Source of the DNA: Planctomycetota bacterium
Lineage (GTDB): Bacteria > Planctomycetota > B15-G4 > SIAN01
Direction of reading: 5' to 3'
Length of the DNA stretch: 64,000 nt
Assembly (NCBI GenBank): GCA_031409275.1
Contig: JANNXA010000027.1
Location: 64,001-128,000, forward strand
Shown: piece by piece, positions 28,136 to 37,541 of the stretch
Layout of the letters: each line of letters begins with the position of its first letter
Position numbering within the stretch: the stretch's first letter is position 1
Program-made: the position numbers and the translations under genes
The notes under the pieces: model-generated
Database searches by the model: none
The model's input: only the letters and a program-made list of their open reading frames with translations
Told to the model about the DNA's origin: nothing

Positions 28136-28525
28136 TCACTGCTTTCGCGGGGCCGCTTCTGGCGCGGCCGGAGGCGCGATTGCCTGCTTCACTTCCGCGG
28201 CGAGTTCAGTGATGCCAGCGAGCAGCGCGGTGCGCGCCGCTGGGTTGGGACCCGCCGCCTCGAAGCCTTGAGCGCGCGCGACCTCGCCGGCGGTCGCGAG
28301 TTTCGCGATGCCGGCCGCAAGTCCGGCGCTCAGGCGGCCGAGACGCGCGAGCTCTGCCTGCTGCTCGGCCACCAACTTCTCGAGCGCTTCGACGCGGCTC
28401 TCGGTCGTCGGCGGCGCCGGCACCACGGGCGTCTCCTGGTGGCGCTGCCCGAACGCCAGCAGCGTCGCGCCCGTGAAGGCGAGGGCGACGAAGGCGAAGG
28501 TGCGGCTTAGCGGCGAAGGAACCAT
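28136..28525 (-). CDS. Small secreted coiled-coil hypothetical protein
   Basis: GAGGGAG RBS, signal peptide and RVEALEKLVAEQQAEL coil. Confidence 0.7.
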   Translation of the reverse strand: MVPSPLSRTFAFVALAFTGATLLAFGQRHQETPVVPAPPTTESRVEALEKLVAEQQAELARLGRLSAGLAAGIAKLATAGEVARAQGFEAAGPNPAARTALLAGITELAAEVKQAIAPPAAPEAAPRKQ

Positions 28526-28576
28526 TCGATCTCCTCCCTCTTCCGACCGGCGGTGGACAGCCGATACTCTGCGTCC

Positions 28577-29344
28577 ATGCATCGACCAATTTTTGCCCTG
28601 GCTTGCGGATTCCTGGTGGTGACGGCGGCGTGCTGCGGTCCTGTAGCTGCGCCGGCGCCCGAGGTCGTCGCCGCCGTCGCTCCCGACACGAAGTGGCACT
28701 TCGTCCCGGAGAAGAGCGAGAACCTCGACCTGCGCGTGGGCGAGCGCCAGACCTTCCTGATCGAAGTGGTGGGTGAGGGCGAGATCGACTGGAAGAGCGT
28801 GCGTCTCAGCACGACCTGCGAGTGTCTCTCCGCCGAGTTCATCGGCAAGGCGAACGGCAACCGGGCGACGGTCCGCGTCACCCTCCACGGGTTGGAGGAA
28901 GAAGACATCGATGGCGGCGTGGTGCTCGAAGGGGCCGACCACGTGCGCCTCGCCGAGCACCTCGCGCGCATCGCCATTCGCCGCGGGCCGTTCACCGATC
29001 CGCGCGAAGTCGACATCGCTCCCACGCCGGAGGGGCGCTTCGAGTTGACCGTGGGGCAGTCCTTCAAGCTCGACGCAAAGCTTCCCGATTCGATCCTGGT
29101 CGATCTCTCGATCGACGCGCTCGACGCCACCAAGATCGAATTGCTCGAGATGGAGGACGGCAAGGCGAACTGGCCGACGCAGGCGCCGAAGAGCGTCGTC
29201 CTGACGACCAGGCTCTCGTTCGTGGTCGTCGCGCAGGACAAGAGCCTGCCGTTCGAAACGACGATCCCCGTCGAGTTCGGCGAGCCCGCCGTGAAGCGGG
29301 TCGTGAAGGTCCGCTGGCCAGGTCTCCCGAAGGCCGGCCATTGA
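28577..29344 (+). CDS. Hypothetical lipoprotein (DUF1573-like Ig fold)
   Basis: Lipobox-like VTAAC, TTCECL motif and beta-rich composition. Confidence 0.65.
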   Translation: MHRPIFALACGFLVVTAACCGPVAAPAPEVVAAVAPDTKWHFVPEKSENLDLRVGERQTFLIEVVGEGEIDWKSVRLSTTCECLSAEFIGKANGNRATVRVTLHGLEEEDIDGGVVLEGADHVRLAEHLARIAIRRGPFTDPREVDIAPTPEGRFELTVGQSFKLDAKLPDSILVDLSIDALDATKIELLEMEDGKANWPTQAPKSVVLTTRLSFVVVAQDKSLPFETTIPVEFGEPAVKRVVKVRWPGLPKAGH

Positions 29345-29385
29345 TTCGCCTCCCCGTGCGCGTACCCTTTCACCGTCTTGCTTCC

Positions 29386-29575
29386 GTTCGCATCGGGTCT
29401 AGCGCTCCGCTTTCGCGGTGCGCGTCTTTGCTGGTTCGACGAGCGACTCGGCCCTGCCGTGGCGCATTCGATCGACGCTCCGGCGCCCCCTTGTCCGCGG
29501 GTGCCGGCGTTCTGCCGCGTGCCCTTCCGGCCACGCTGGCGCTTTCGGACCGCACCCGATGCGGACCGTCTTTTT
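29386..29575 (+). promoter_or_regulatory. Candidate structured 5' leader or ncRNA upstream of the DEAD-box helicase
   Basis: GTTCGCATCGGGT (29386-29398) pairs with ACCCGATGCGGAC (29554-29566), with internal hairpins and a following T-run. Confidence 0.5.
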
Positions 29576-29589
29576 GAGGTTCCTCCTGC

Positions 29590-31215
29590 TTGAACGACAC
29601 TCCTGAACTTCCGGCTCCCGCTGTTCCCCCCGCGGTCGAGCCGCCCGCGCTGGCCACCGACTTCCCGTCGCTTGGCCTCTCGGCGCCGATCCTCGCCGAC
29701 CTCGCCGAGCTCAAATTCGTCACTCCGACGCCGATCCAGGCCGCGGCGATCCCGGTCGCGCTGACTGGCAAGGATGTGATCGGCATCGCGCAAACGGGCA
29801 CCGGCAAGACCGCTGCCTTCTGCCTTCCGATCATCGAACGACTGCCGGCCGACGGCGGTCTGCGGGCGCTCGTGCTGTCACCGACGCGCGAGCTGACGCT
29901 GCAGACGTTCCAGTGCGTGCAGCAGATGGGCAAGAGCAAGGGGTTCCGCGCCGCCGCGATCATCGGTGGCGAAGGCTTCGCCGAGCAGAACCGCGCGCTC
30001 GCCAGCAATCCGGCCATGGTGGTCGGCACGCCGGGCCGCGTCCTCGATCAGATGGAGCGCGGCAACCTCGATCCGCGCCACGTCGAGGTGCTCGTCCTCG
30101 ACGAGGCCGACCGGCTGCTCGACATGGGCTTCGCCGAGCAGATCGAGTCGATCATCCGCCGCATCCCGAACGACCGCCAGACGATGGTCTTCACCGCGAC
30201 CATGCCCTCAGGCATCCAGGCGATCGCGCGCATCTACATGCGGGAGCCGGTCGAGGTCTCGGTCGGCGCGCGCATGACCGTCGTCGATCGCTGCAAGCAG
30301 GAGCTCTACTCGTGCACGCCGCGCGAGAAGGTCATCCTGCTCAAGTGGCTGCTGCGTGACGAGGATGGGCAGGTCATCATCTTCACGCGCACCAAGCGCG
30401 GTGCCGACCAGCTCGAGCGCGAGCTTCAGCGCGGCACGCGCAAGATCGCGGCGCTCCACGCCGACCGCTCGCAGGAGGAGCGCACCTCCGCGATGAGGCG
30501 CTTCCGCGAAGGCGACGTGCAGATCCTCGTCGCCACCGACCTTGCCTCGCGCGGCCTCGACGTCGATGGCATCGCGCGCGTGGTCAACTACGACGTCCCG
30601 CCGACGGGCGAGGACTACCTCCATCGCATCGGCCGCACCGCGCGCGCTCATCGTGAAGGCGTCGCGTCCACCTTCGCGACCATCGAAGACCTCTCCTCGC
30701 TGCGCTCGATCGAAGCGGTCATCAAGCAGCGCATCACGTCGGTCTACGTGAAACGCGACGAGCTCATGGCCTTCGCTGCCGAAGAGTCGGCGCGTGAGGC
30801 GGAGCTCGCGCGCACGCGTCCGGCGCCGCGCCCGATGGAGCCGCGGCGTGAGATGGGCGGCTCGCGTGGCGGAGATCGCCACGGTCGCGGTGGCGGTCGC
30901 GGTGGCGGTGGCGGTGGCGGTGGCGGTGGCGGTGGCGGCGGCGGCGGGCGGTTCGGCGGCGGTGGTGGCGGTCGCGGCGGAGATCGAGGCGGCGAGCGTT
31001 CGCACGGCGCTCCGCGCTACGACGACGGACCGCGTCCGCCTCCTTCGGCGCCGCGCGAAATGCCGCGCGCACCCGCGCCTCCTCCGCCTCCTCCGCCGCG
31101 CGCGCCGGCTCCACCGCGTCCGGCCGCGCCCCCGCGCGACGGGATGGAAGAGCTGATCCGGCGGCGGCGCGAACGGCGACGCAGCGGCGGCGACGACGTC
31201 AAAACCGGAGGTTGA
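29590..31215 (+). CDS. DEAD-box RNA helicase (RhlE-like) with Gly/Arg/Pro-rich tail
   Basis: Q motif PTPIQ, AQTGTGKT, PTREL, TPGR, DEAD, TAT, SRGLD, HRIGRTAR. Confidence 0.95.
   Translation: MNDTPELPAPAVPPAVEPPALATDFPSLGLSAPILADLAELKFVTPTPIQAAAIPVALTGKDVIGIAQTGTGKTAAFCLPIIERLPADGGLRALVLSPTRELTLQTFQCVQQMGKSKGFRAAAIIGGEGFAEQNRALASNPAMVVGTPGRVLDQMERGNLDPRHVEVLVLDEADRLLDMGFAEQIESIIRRIPNDRQTMVFTATMPSGIQAIARIYMREPVEVSVGARMTVVDRCKQELYSCTPREKVILLKWLLRDEDGQVIIFTRTKRGADQLERELQRGTRKIAALHADRSQEERTSAMRRFREGDVQILVATDLASRGLDVDGIARVVNYDVPPTGEDYLHRIGRTARAHREGVASTFATIEDLSSLRSIEAVIKQRITSVYVKRDELMAFAAEESAREAELARTRPAPRPMEPRREMGGSRGGDRHGRGGGRGGGGGGGGGGGGGGGGRFGGGGGGRGGDRGGERSHGAPRYDDGPRPPPSAPREMPRAPAPPPPPPPRAPAPPRPAAPPRDGMEELIRRRRERRRSGGDDVKTGG
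30889..30975 (+). repeat. (GGTGGC)n microsatellite encoding poly-Gly/RGG
   Basis: ggtggcggtggcggtggc... run in the helicase tail. Confidence 0.9.
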
Positions 31216-32023
31216 GCCCGGCGACGGCGCCGGAGAGAGTCACGTCGCCGTTGAACGTCTGTCCGCTCGAGACGCCATCGAACTGGATCATCAGGTAGCG
31301 CCAGCCGGCGAACACGCCGAAGGCGCCGAAGCGCCAGCGCAACAGTGCTTCGACGTCGAGGATGGTGCCGTCGATGTCGGCGAACGTCGCCTTCATCCCG
31401 GCGGCCGCCAACTCGAACGACAGCGGCACGAGGCCGAGCGCGCCAAGGTCGAGGGCGGCACGCGCCGCCAGCAGCGGCACCGCCTGCTGCACGTCGATCG
31501 ACTCGTCGAGCCCGAAGACGACCTCATGGACATCGAGCTGCACATCGACCCATTCGGCGGCGAGGCCGACCCCGACTTCGAGCGCCGGAGTGTCGAGGAA
31601 GTCGCACAGCAGGCGCAGCTGTCCGAGCTTGAGGTCGAGATCGCTGACGACTTCGGAGCCGGCCGTGATGTCGCCGAAGTCCGCGCTCGCGGTCCCGCGG
31701 CCGCTGGCCTTGGTCGCGAAGCCCCACGCACCGATGTCGAGCATCCCGAAGTCGAGTTCCGCGCGCGGCATGACGGCGAGGTCGGCGTCGTCCAGCGAGA
31801 GCTCGCTCGACAGGTCGATCGCGTCGAGGTCGGTCAGCGTCGAACTCGCCAGCCCGAGCGACCCGTCGAGCTTCGGCGCGTGGACGCCGACATCGAAGGT
31901 GAACGCGGCGTTGTCGCCGATGCAGCCGCTGCCAAGCAGCGTGGCGAGGGCGGCGGCGAAACGCGCCAATCGCCGGCCAGCGGCTGGACGGAGGGTGGGG
32001 CGGGCGCGATCGTGCATCGACAT
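31199..32023 (-). CDS. Putative outer-membrane beta-barrel (lipo)protein
   Basis: Signal/lipobox LLGSGC, alternating beta strands and a C-terminal ...AGLNLRF Phe (BAM signal). Confidence 0.7.
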   Translation of the reverse strand: MSMHDRARPTLRPAAGRRLARFAAALATLLGSGCIGDNAAFTFDVGVHAPKLDGSLGLASSTLTDLDAIDLSSELSLDDADLAVMPRAELDFGMLDIGAWGFATKASGRGTASADFGDITAGSEVVSDLDLKLGQLRLLCDFLDTPALEVGVGLAAEWVDVQLDVHEVVFGLDESIDVQQAVPLLAARAALDLGALGLVPLSFELAAAGMKATFADIDGTILDVEALLRWRFGAFGVFAGWRYLMIQFDGVSSGQTFNGDVTLSGAVAGLNLRF

Positions 32024-32172
32024 CCGGAGCTCCTGGTGGGGCTCCTCATCGGCCGCGGTGAGGGGGGAAGTCGAGCGCGAGCGGCGCGGGCGGTTTCCCG
32101 AGGTTGCATCGCGCGGCGTCGTTCCCTTTCCTTGCGCCCCGGTGGTGGAACCAGGCTCTCGAGGTCGCACGA

Positions 32173-33783
32173 GTGAAGCAGCCGGTCGGTCGATCGCACG
32201 CCGCGGCCTGGGGAGGCGGGGCACTCGTCGTGGCGGGCCTCGGCGCGCTCGCCCTCGCGGCGACCGCGCCCTATGCGCGGCCGCGCGTTGCCCCGCGCGA
32301 TGAGGTCGTCCTCACCTGCAGCGACACGACCGTCGCGGCCCGCCTGCTGCAGGCGCCGCCGATGGCGGGACGCGCTCGCGCCGAAGGGATCGACCTGCAG
32401 CTCCTCACCGTGCCGATGGCGGTTTCGATCGAGCTCTTCCTCGCGGCCGAGCCCGACCTCGTTCCGCGCGCCATCCGCTTCGAGCCGCTCGTCGAAGTCG
32501 AGCCCGCGCCGCGTTCGCGCCACCTGACGCGTGGCCGCTTCGCGCTCGACGGCGAGGCGAGCGCTCCACTCGTGCTGCCGCCCGCTGCAGCGATCGAGCT
32601 GGCGCTGGAGGGACTAGCGCCGGGAACGGCCTATCGCTGGCGCTGCACGGTGACCGAAGCGGCCGTCGGCGAGCGCCAGGGCGCCGCCCAGCGCAGCGCC
32701 GAGGCGAGCGGTCGCTTCGTCACCGTGCGTCCGCGCGGCGTCCCGTTCCGCTTCGCGCTCTTCTCCGACACGCACGTCTTCCCCGCGACGCTCGAACCGG
32801 AACTGCCGCTCGAAGTGGCGCAGGATCAGGGCTTCCTCGATGTCGTGATGGACAGCCTCTTCTGGTACCGAACCGCGCGCGAGCGCGTCGCGGCCGAGTA
32901 CGCCGCGGTCTTCGCGCGGCTGGGGGCCGATCGTCCCGACTTCGCGATCAGCCTCGGGGACGTCTTCGACCTCCACGGCCGCGGTTTCAACTGGGCCTTC
33001 GATCGGCAGGAGGTCGCCGACGCGGCCCACCTCGAGGCGCGCCGCGCGCTCTCGCTGCTGAACGGTGCCGGCACGATCTTCCAGGTGCTGGGCAACTGGG
33101 AGGGCGAATCGGGGTGCCACCCGGCAGCGCAGCGAGCGTTCGCGCGTTGCGCGCGGCAGCGTCACAGCGTCAATCCGCGGCCCGACACTTCGCGTTTCGG
33201 CGGCAGCTCCGACGAGGACTACTTCGCGTTCGAGTGGGGCGATCTCTTCGGCGTCGCGCTGAACGTGCGCGGCTACACGCCGACGGTTCACCACCTCGAT
33301 CCGGCGGAGCCCGGCGTCGGCAAGCCGGAGGACTTCACGCTCGGGGTCGCGCAGAAGAGCTACCTCGAGACGGCGCTCGCGCAGTCGGACCATCCCTACC
33401 GCGCCCTCTTCCTCCATCACGTGGTCGGCGGCAACGGCGGCAATCCCGCCGATTCCGCCTACGGCCGCGGCGGCGGGCGCGCGGCACGGATCGGCGAGCA
33501 GGCGTGGGTCCACGAACTGTGCCAGCGCTACGGAGTGCAGGTGATCTTCTACGGCCACGACCACGTCTTCACCGACCTCGAGGTCGATGGCATCCACTAC
33601 ACGCTGCCAGGCACCACGAGCGCGCCATGGCGTTTCACCGCCGCCGAGACCGGCTACGACCGCTCCTGGCCCGACAGCGGCTACGCGCGCGTGGACGTCG
33701 CGCCGTCGCGGATGCAGGTCGAGTTCGTGAACCTCGACGGCGCGGTGCTCTACTCCTACGCCGTGGCGCCGCGCGGCAAGTGA
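32173..33783 (+). CDS. Secreted calcineurin-like metallophosphoesterase (purple acid phosphatase-like, FN3 N-domain)
   Basis: LAPGTAYRW, FSDTH, LGD, GNWE, FLHH, GHDH. Confidence 0.85.
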   Translation: MKQPVGRSHAAAWGGGALVVAGLGALALAATAPYARPRVAPRDEVVLTCSDTTVAARLLQAPPMAGRARAEGIDLQLLTVPMAVSIELFLAAEPDLVPRAIRFEPLVEVEPAPRSRHLTRGRFALDGEASAPLVLPPAAAIELALEGLAPGTAYRWRCTVTEAAVGERQGAAQRSAEASGRFVTVRPRGVPFRFALFSDTHVFPATLEPELPLEVAQDQGFLDVVMDSLFWYRTARERVAAEYAAVFARLGADRPDFAISLGDVFDLHGRGFNWAFDRQEVADAAHLEARRALSLLNGAGTIFQVLGNWEGESGCHPAAQRAFARCARQRHSVNPRPDTSRFGGSSDEDYFAFEWGDLFGVALNVRGYTPTVHHLDPAEPGVGKPEDFTLGVAQKSYLETALAQSDHPYRALFLHHVVGGNGGNPADSAYGRGGGRAARIGEQAWVHELCQRYGVQVIFYGHDHVFTDLEVDGIHYTLPGTTSAPWRFTAAETGYDRSWPDSGYARVDVAPSRMQVEFVNLDGAVLYSYAVAPRGK

Positions 33784-33796
33784 GGCCGCGCCCGCG

Positions 33797-34714
33797 TCAT
33801 CGGCTCGGCGGCCCGCTCGTCGTCGCCGGCACCGGATGCGGGAAGTGGATCGCCGCGAGCAGCGCCTGCAGCACGTCGTCGCGCGCCGCACCGACGCGAT
33901 CCTTGGTGGCGAGCTCGAGGGTGATGGTCGGCACGTCGCGATCGCGGCCGAGGTAGCTGCCAAGCGAACCGGGCGTCGGGTAGCCGATGGTGGGCGTCGT
34001 CGGCAGGCCGCAAGCTCGGCTCATGCTCTCCGCGAGCGCTTCGGCCGGGCCATCGAAGTTGACGCAAGCGGCCGCGGCATGAGTCGCGACGACGCGCACC
34101 GGTGCGTAGATCTGCAGCAGCGTCAGCACGAAGCGCGTCTCCGGCTCGGAGCCGGGCTGGAAGCCGGGACCATGGTCCCCGCCTTCAGCGCTCCAGTTCT
34201 GCGCCGGGAAGTTGCGATTGAGGTCGACGTCGCGCGCGTTCCGACGCGTTCCGGCGGCATTGCCGTCGGGATTCACTTCTGGCGCGATCACCACCTTGCA
34301 CTCGCCGAGGTCGGCGGGATGGTCGCAGCACCACTCGATCAGGTCGTAGGCGACTTCGGTCGAGGAGGTCTCGTCGCCATGCATCCCGCCGAGGATGAGG
34401 ACCGTCTCGGTCCCGCTGCCGAAGACCCAGTAGCGCAGTTCGCGTCCGGCGATCGACCGTCCCGGATGGACGATCGGCTCGCTGGTGATCGCGTGGCCGA
34501 ACGTGGATCGAAAACGGATCGGGGCCGCGACGACCGGACGCGGACGTGAGACGTAGGGCGCAGGCGACGGCCCCTGTTCGGCGATCGTCTGCGCGAGGCG
34601 CGTGCCCGGCTGGCGATCGGGCGGTGGGCCACCGACGGGAACGTCGGGCGCCACGCAGCCGGAACCGGCCACAGCGGCGATCATCGCGGCGACTGCTGCG
34701 CCCGCGCGGTGCAT
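33797..34714 (-). CDS. M14 zinc carboxypeptidase, murein-peptide amidase MpaA-like lipoprotein
   Basis: GRSIAGR, HGDE, NPDG, RRNARDVDLNRNFP, SEPET, GYPTPGSLGS, ITLEL. Confidence 0.8.
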   Translation of the reverse strand: MHRAGAAVAAMIAAVAGSGCVAPDVPVGGPPPDRQPGTRLAQTIAEQGPSPAPYVSRPRPVVAAPIRFRSTFGHAITSEPIVHPGRSIAGRELRYWVFGSGTETVLILGGMHGDETSSTEVAYDLIEWCCDHPADLGECKVVIAPEVNPDGNAAGTRRNARDVDLNRNFPAQNWSAEGGDHGPGFQPGSEPETRFVLTLLQIYAPVRVVATHAAAACVNFDGPAEALAESMSRACGLPTTPTIGYPTPGSLGSYLGRDRDVPTITLELATKDRVGAARDDVLQALLAAIHFPHPVPATTSGPPSR

Positions 34715-34761
34715 CGATCGAATCATCGAACATTCCCCTTCCGCCGCCTCGGCGTGACGCG

Positions 34762-36132
34762 TCAGCGCTCGAAGCGCAGGCGCTCGATCAACCAGGTCAG
34801 GTCCTCGGCCGCAGTCTGCTGCGCGAGCGGCGAGCCCGCGATGGTGAGGCGCCAGGTGTCGCCGCGGTGGAGCACGAAGAGCTCGCGCAGTCCGAGCGTC
34901 CGGCTCGCGTCGTCCGGATCAGGCCACGCCAACTCGTACTCCCAGGCGTGTTCGCCGTCGACCTCGTGGTCGCTGCGTTCGAACGCGCGCACCCGTTCCG
35001 CGCGCGGATGGAGGTCCTGCTGTTCGTCGGCGCGCGCGCGGCCGAGCGTCGCGCCGCCGCCGCCCGAGCTGTAAACCAGCCGCGGGTCGCGTCCGAACCA
35101 GTACTTGAGCTTCTGGTCGTAGCGGTAGATCTCGATCGCCAGCGGCGGATCGGCGCAGCGCAGCGTGAAGACGAGGCCGTCGGTGCGACGAAACGGCGCC
35201 GCTTCGCCGCTGAATCCCGGTTGCAACGGCAAGGTCACGGTGGCGCTGCCGTCGGCGGCCGACAACTTCGCGGCCGCCACCAGCGTCGCGAGCGGCTCGC
35301 GCGTCAGGAGGGCCGCGCGTCGCAGTCCGACCCGCTGCAGCAGCGTGAGGAGCGGCGCCGGCCATTCCGCGGCGTCCGGCGGCTTGCTGCCGAGCGACTC
35401 GCGCAGCAGTTCGAGCGCGCGGCCGGGATCGTCCGCTTCGAGCAGGCGGGGGGCCTGCTCGACGGCGAGGCGCTGTCCTTCGCTGAGCGGCGCCCGGCCG
35501 GTGGCGCGGACCGCCGTCTCGGCGACCGGCTCGCGCTCGATCGTCAACTCCTCGAAGCGTGGCTGCGACTGGAGCGACAGCAGGGCGAAGCCGTCGAACG
35601 GGCCGGCCGATCCGCTGCGCACCACGGTGAACGACTCGTCGTCGCCGACGCGGACCTTCAGGCGATCGAGCTCCCATTCGACCTGCAGCGCGAGCGCGCG
35701 GCCCGGCTTCGATTCGAAGGAGCGTTGCGCGAGCGGCGCGCCGTCGGCTTCGATCGCGACCTGGCCGGCACCGCGATCGAGCACGACTTGCGTCTCCTGC
35801 GCGCCGGCGCGCAGGAGCAGCGCGACGCGACCGACGCCCAGCAGGCGCGCGGTCACTCTTCCGCGGGGAGTCAGCGCGCGCCGCCAGCGCAGCTCTTCGC
35901 GTGCCCCTTTGCTGGTGCACCAGAGGCTGCCGGCCGAAAGGCTCCAGCTGCCGGACAACGGCTCGAAGTCGGCCAGATCGCGCTCGGCATCGAAGCGGTA
36001 GAGCAGCGATTCGAACGCCGGCCGCTGCGGAGCGGCCGGAGCCGGAGCCGGATCGGCCTCCTGCGCGCGAGCGTCGGCTGCGGCGAGGCCGGCGGCTGCG
36101 ACGCCGGCGAGCCACGCGGCAGTACGCAGCAT
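34762..36132 (-). CDS. Secreted hypothetical protein
   Basis: Signal peptide ending ARA-QE, beta-rich N-domain and typical codon usage. Confidence 0.65.
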   Translation of the reverse strand: MLRTAAWLAGVAAAGLAAADARAQEADPAPAPAAPQRPAFESLLYRFDAERDLADFEPLSGSWSLSAGSLWCTSKGAREELRWRRALTPRGRVTARLLGVGRVALLLRAGAQETQVVLDRGAGQVAIEADGAPLAQRSFESKPGRALALQVEWELDRLKVRVGDDESFTVVRSGSAGPFDGFALLSLQSQPRFEELTIEREPVAETAVRATGRAPLSEGQRLAVEQAPRLLEADDPGRALELLRESLGSKPPDAAEWPAPLLTLLQRVGLRRAALLTREPLATLVAAAKLSAADGSATVTLPLQPGFSGEAAPFRRTDGLVFTLRCADPPLAIEIYRYDQKLKYWFGRDPRLVYSSGGGGATLGRARADEQQDLHPRAERVRAFERSDHEVDGEHAWEYELAWPDPDDASRTLGLRELFVLHRGDTWRLTIAGSPLAQQTAAEDLTWLIERLRFER

Positions 36133-36212
36133 CCGGTGCTTCAAGGTGGGCAGGCGCGACATCGCAGGCTCCGCGTACGATCGGCGAGGTGGCGATCATA
36201 CGGAGAGGAACG

Positions 36213-36866
36213 ATGCTCGACTCCTTGCTCGAAGCGCGGCAGCTCCTCATCAAGCAGGTGAAGGAGTGGTCGGAGATCCTGCTCGGTTACGAAGCGCGCA
36301 ACCGCTACGAGGTCCGCGACGAGGGCGGGCGCGTGGTGGCGATGGTGGCGGAAGAGGGCAGCGGCATCGGTCGCTGGCTCGGTCGCCAGTTCTTGGGCAA
36401 GTGCCGGCGCGCGACGTTGCACGTCCTCGATGCCGGCGGGAAGGAACTGGCTCGGATCGAGAAGCCGTTCCGGTGGTACTTCCACTCGGTCGAGCTGTTC
36501 GAGTCGGGTCGGCCTGCGGGCACGATCGTGCGCCGTTTCAGCTTCTTTCGCGACCACTTCTCCCTGCTCGCATCGGACGGCCGGGAACTGCTCTCGATCG
36601 AGCGCGGCTTCCTCGATCACTTCCGCTTCCGCGGCACCTTCCGCGTGACGATGGGCGGGCTCGAGGTGGCGCTCATCCGCAAGGAGTGGCGCGGTCTCCT
36701 CGCGGAGTGGTTCACCGACGCGGACCTCTTCGGCGTCGAGTTCACGGCGGCGGATCTCGACGCGGCCGTGAAGAAGCTCTTGTTCGCCGCGACGTTCCTG
36801 ATCGACTTCACCTGCTTCGAGAACAACCAGAAGCGCAGTGGGTTGACCTTCTTCGGCGGCGACTGA
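36213..36866 (+). CDS. Phospholipid scramblase-family (Tubby-like barrel) protein
   Basis: QVKEWSEILLGYEARNRY, KEWRGLLAEWFTDADLFGVEF, LIDF..FE; GAGG RBS. Confidence 0.85.
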   Translation: MLDSLLEARQLLIKQVKEWSEILLGYEARNRYEVRDEGGRVVAMVAEEGSGIGRWLGRQFLGKCRRATLHVLDAGGKELARIEKPFRWYFHSVELFESGRPAGTIVRRFSFFRDHFSLLASDGRELLSIERGFLDHFRFRGTFRVTMGGLEVALIRKEWRGLLAEWFTDADLFGVEFTAADLDAAVKKLLFAATFLIDFTCFENNQKRSGLTFFGGD

Positions 36867-36876
36867 GAGGGATTCC

Positions 36877-37464
36877 GTGAGCGAACGATTTCGACTGACC
36901 AAGATCTACACGCGCACCGGCGACGGCGGCGAGACCGGACTCGTCACCGGCGAGCGCGTCTCCAAGGCGCATCTGCGGATCGCCTCCTACGGCGATGTCG
37001 ACGAGCTCAACTCCGCGCTCGGCCTCGCGCGTGCCACCAATCGCGCGCGCCCCGCCGGCGCGCCAGCGCGCGACACGCTCGATCGCTGGCTGAAGGACGT
37101 GCAGAACGAGCTCTTCCTGGTGGGCTCCGACCTTGCGTGCGTGCTTGCCTCGCGGCCGCCGCAGATGAAGGTGGTGACCGACGCCGAGTCGACGCGGCTG
37201 GAAGAGCGGATCGACGAGATGAACGCGACGCTTGGCCCGCTCACCGAGTTCATCCTGCCCGGCGGCGGTCGTCTCGGCGCCGAGCTCCACCTCGCGCGCA
37301 CCATCTGCCGGCGCGCCGAGCGGGTCGCCGTCGCGCTCGCCGCGACCGAGCCGGTCGACGCCGCGACCATTCGCTACCTCAATCGGCTGAGCGATTTCTT
37401 GTTCGTCGCGGCCCGCTACGCCGCCCGGCAGTGCGGCGAGCCGGAGGAACTCTGGCAGCGCTGA
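36877..37464 (+). CDS. ATP:cob(I)alamin adenosyltransferase (PduO type)
   Basis: KIYTRTGDGGET, YGDVDELNS, FILPGG, ARTICRRAER, YLNRLSDFLF. Confidence 0.95.
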   Translation: MSERFRLTKIYTRTGDGGETGLVTGERVSKAHLRIASYGDVDELNSALGLARATNRARPAGAPARDTLDRWLKDVQNELFLVGSDLACVLASRPPQMKVVTDAESTRLEERIDEMNATLGPLTEFILPGGGRLGAELHLARTICRRAERVAVALAATEPVDAATIRYLNRLSDFLFVAARYAARQCGEPEELWQR

Positions 37465-37541
37465 CCACCGCGCTGACCGGCGGCGGGCCGACCGCTCGAC
37501 ACTCACGGTCGGGAATCTCGGCGATCGTTCGGGGGATCACG

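Noticed and set aside
36867..36880. Cobalamin riboswitch before the PduO gene
   Set aside because: Only 10 nt of intergenic space, and no B12 box upstream of the operon.
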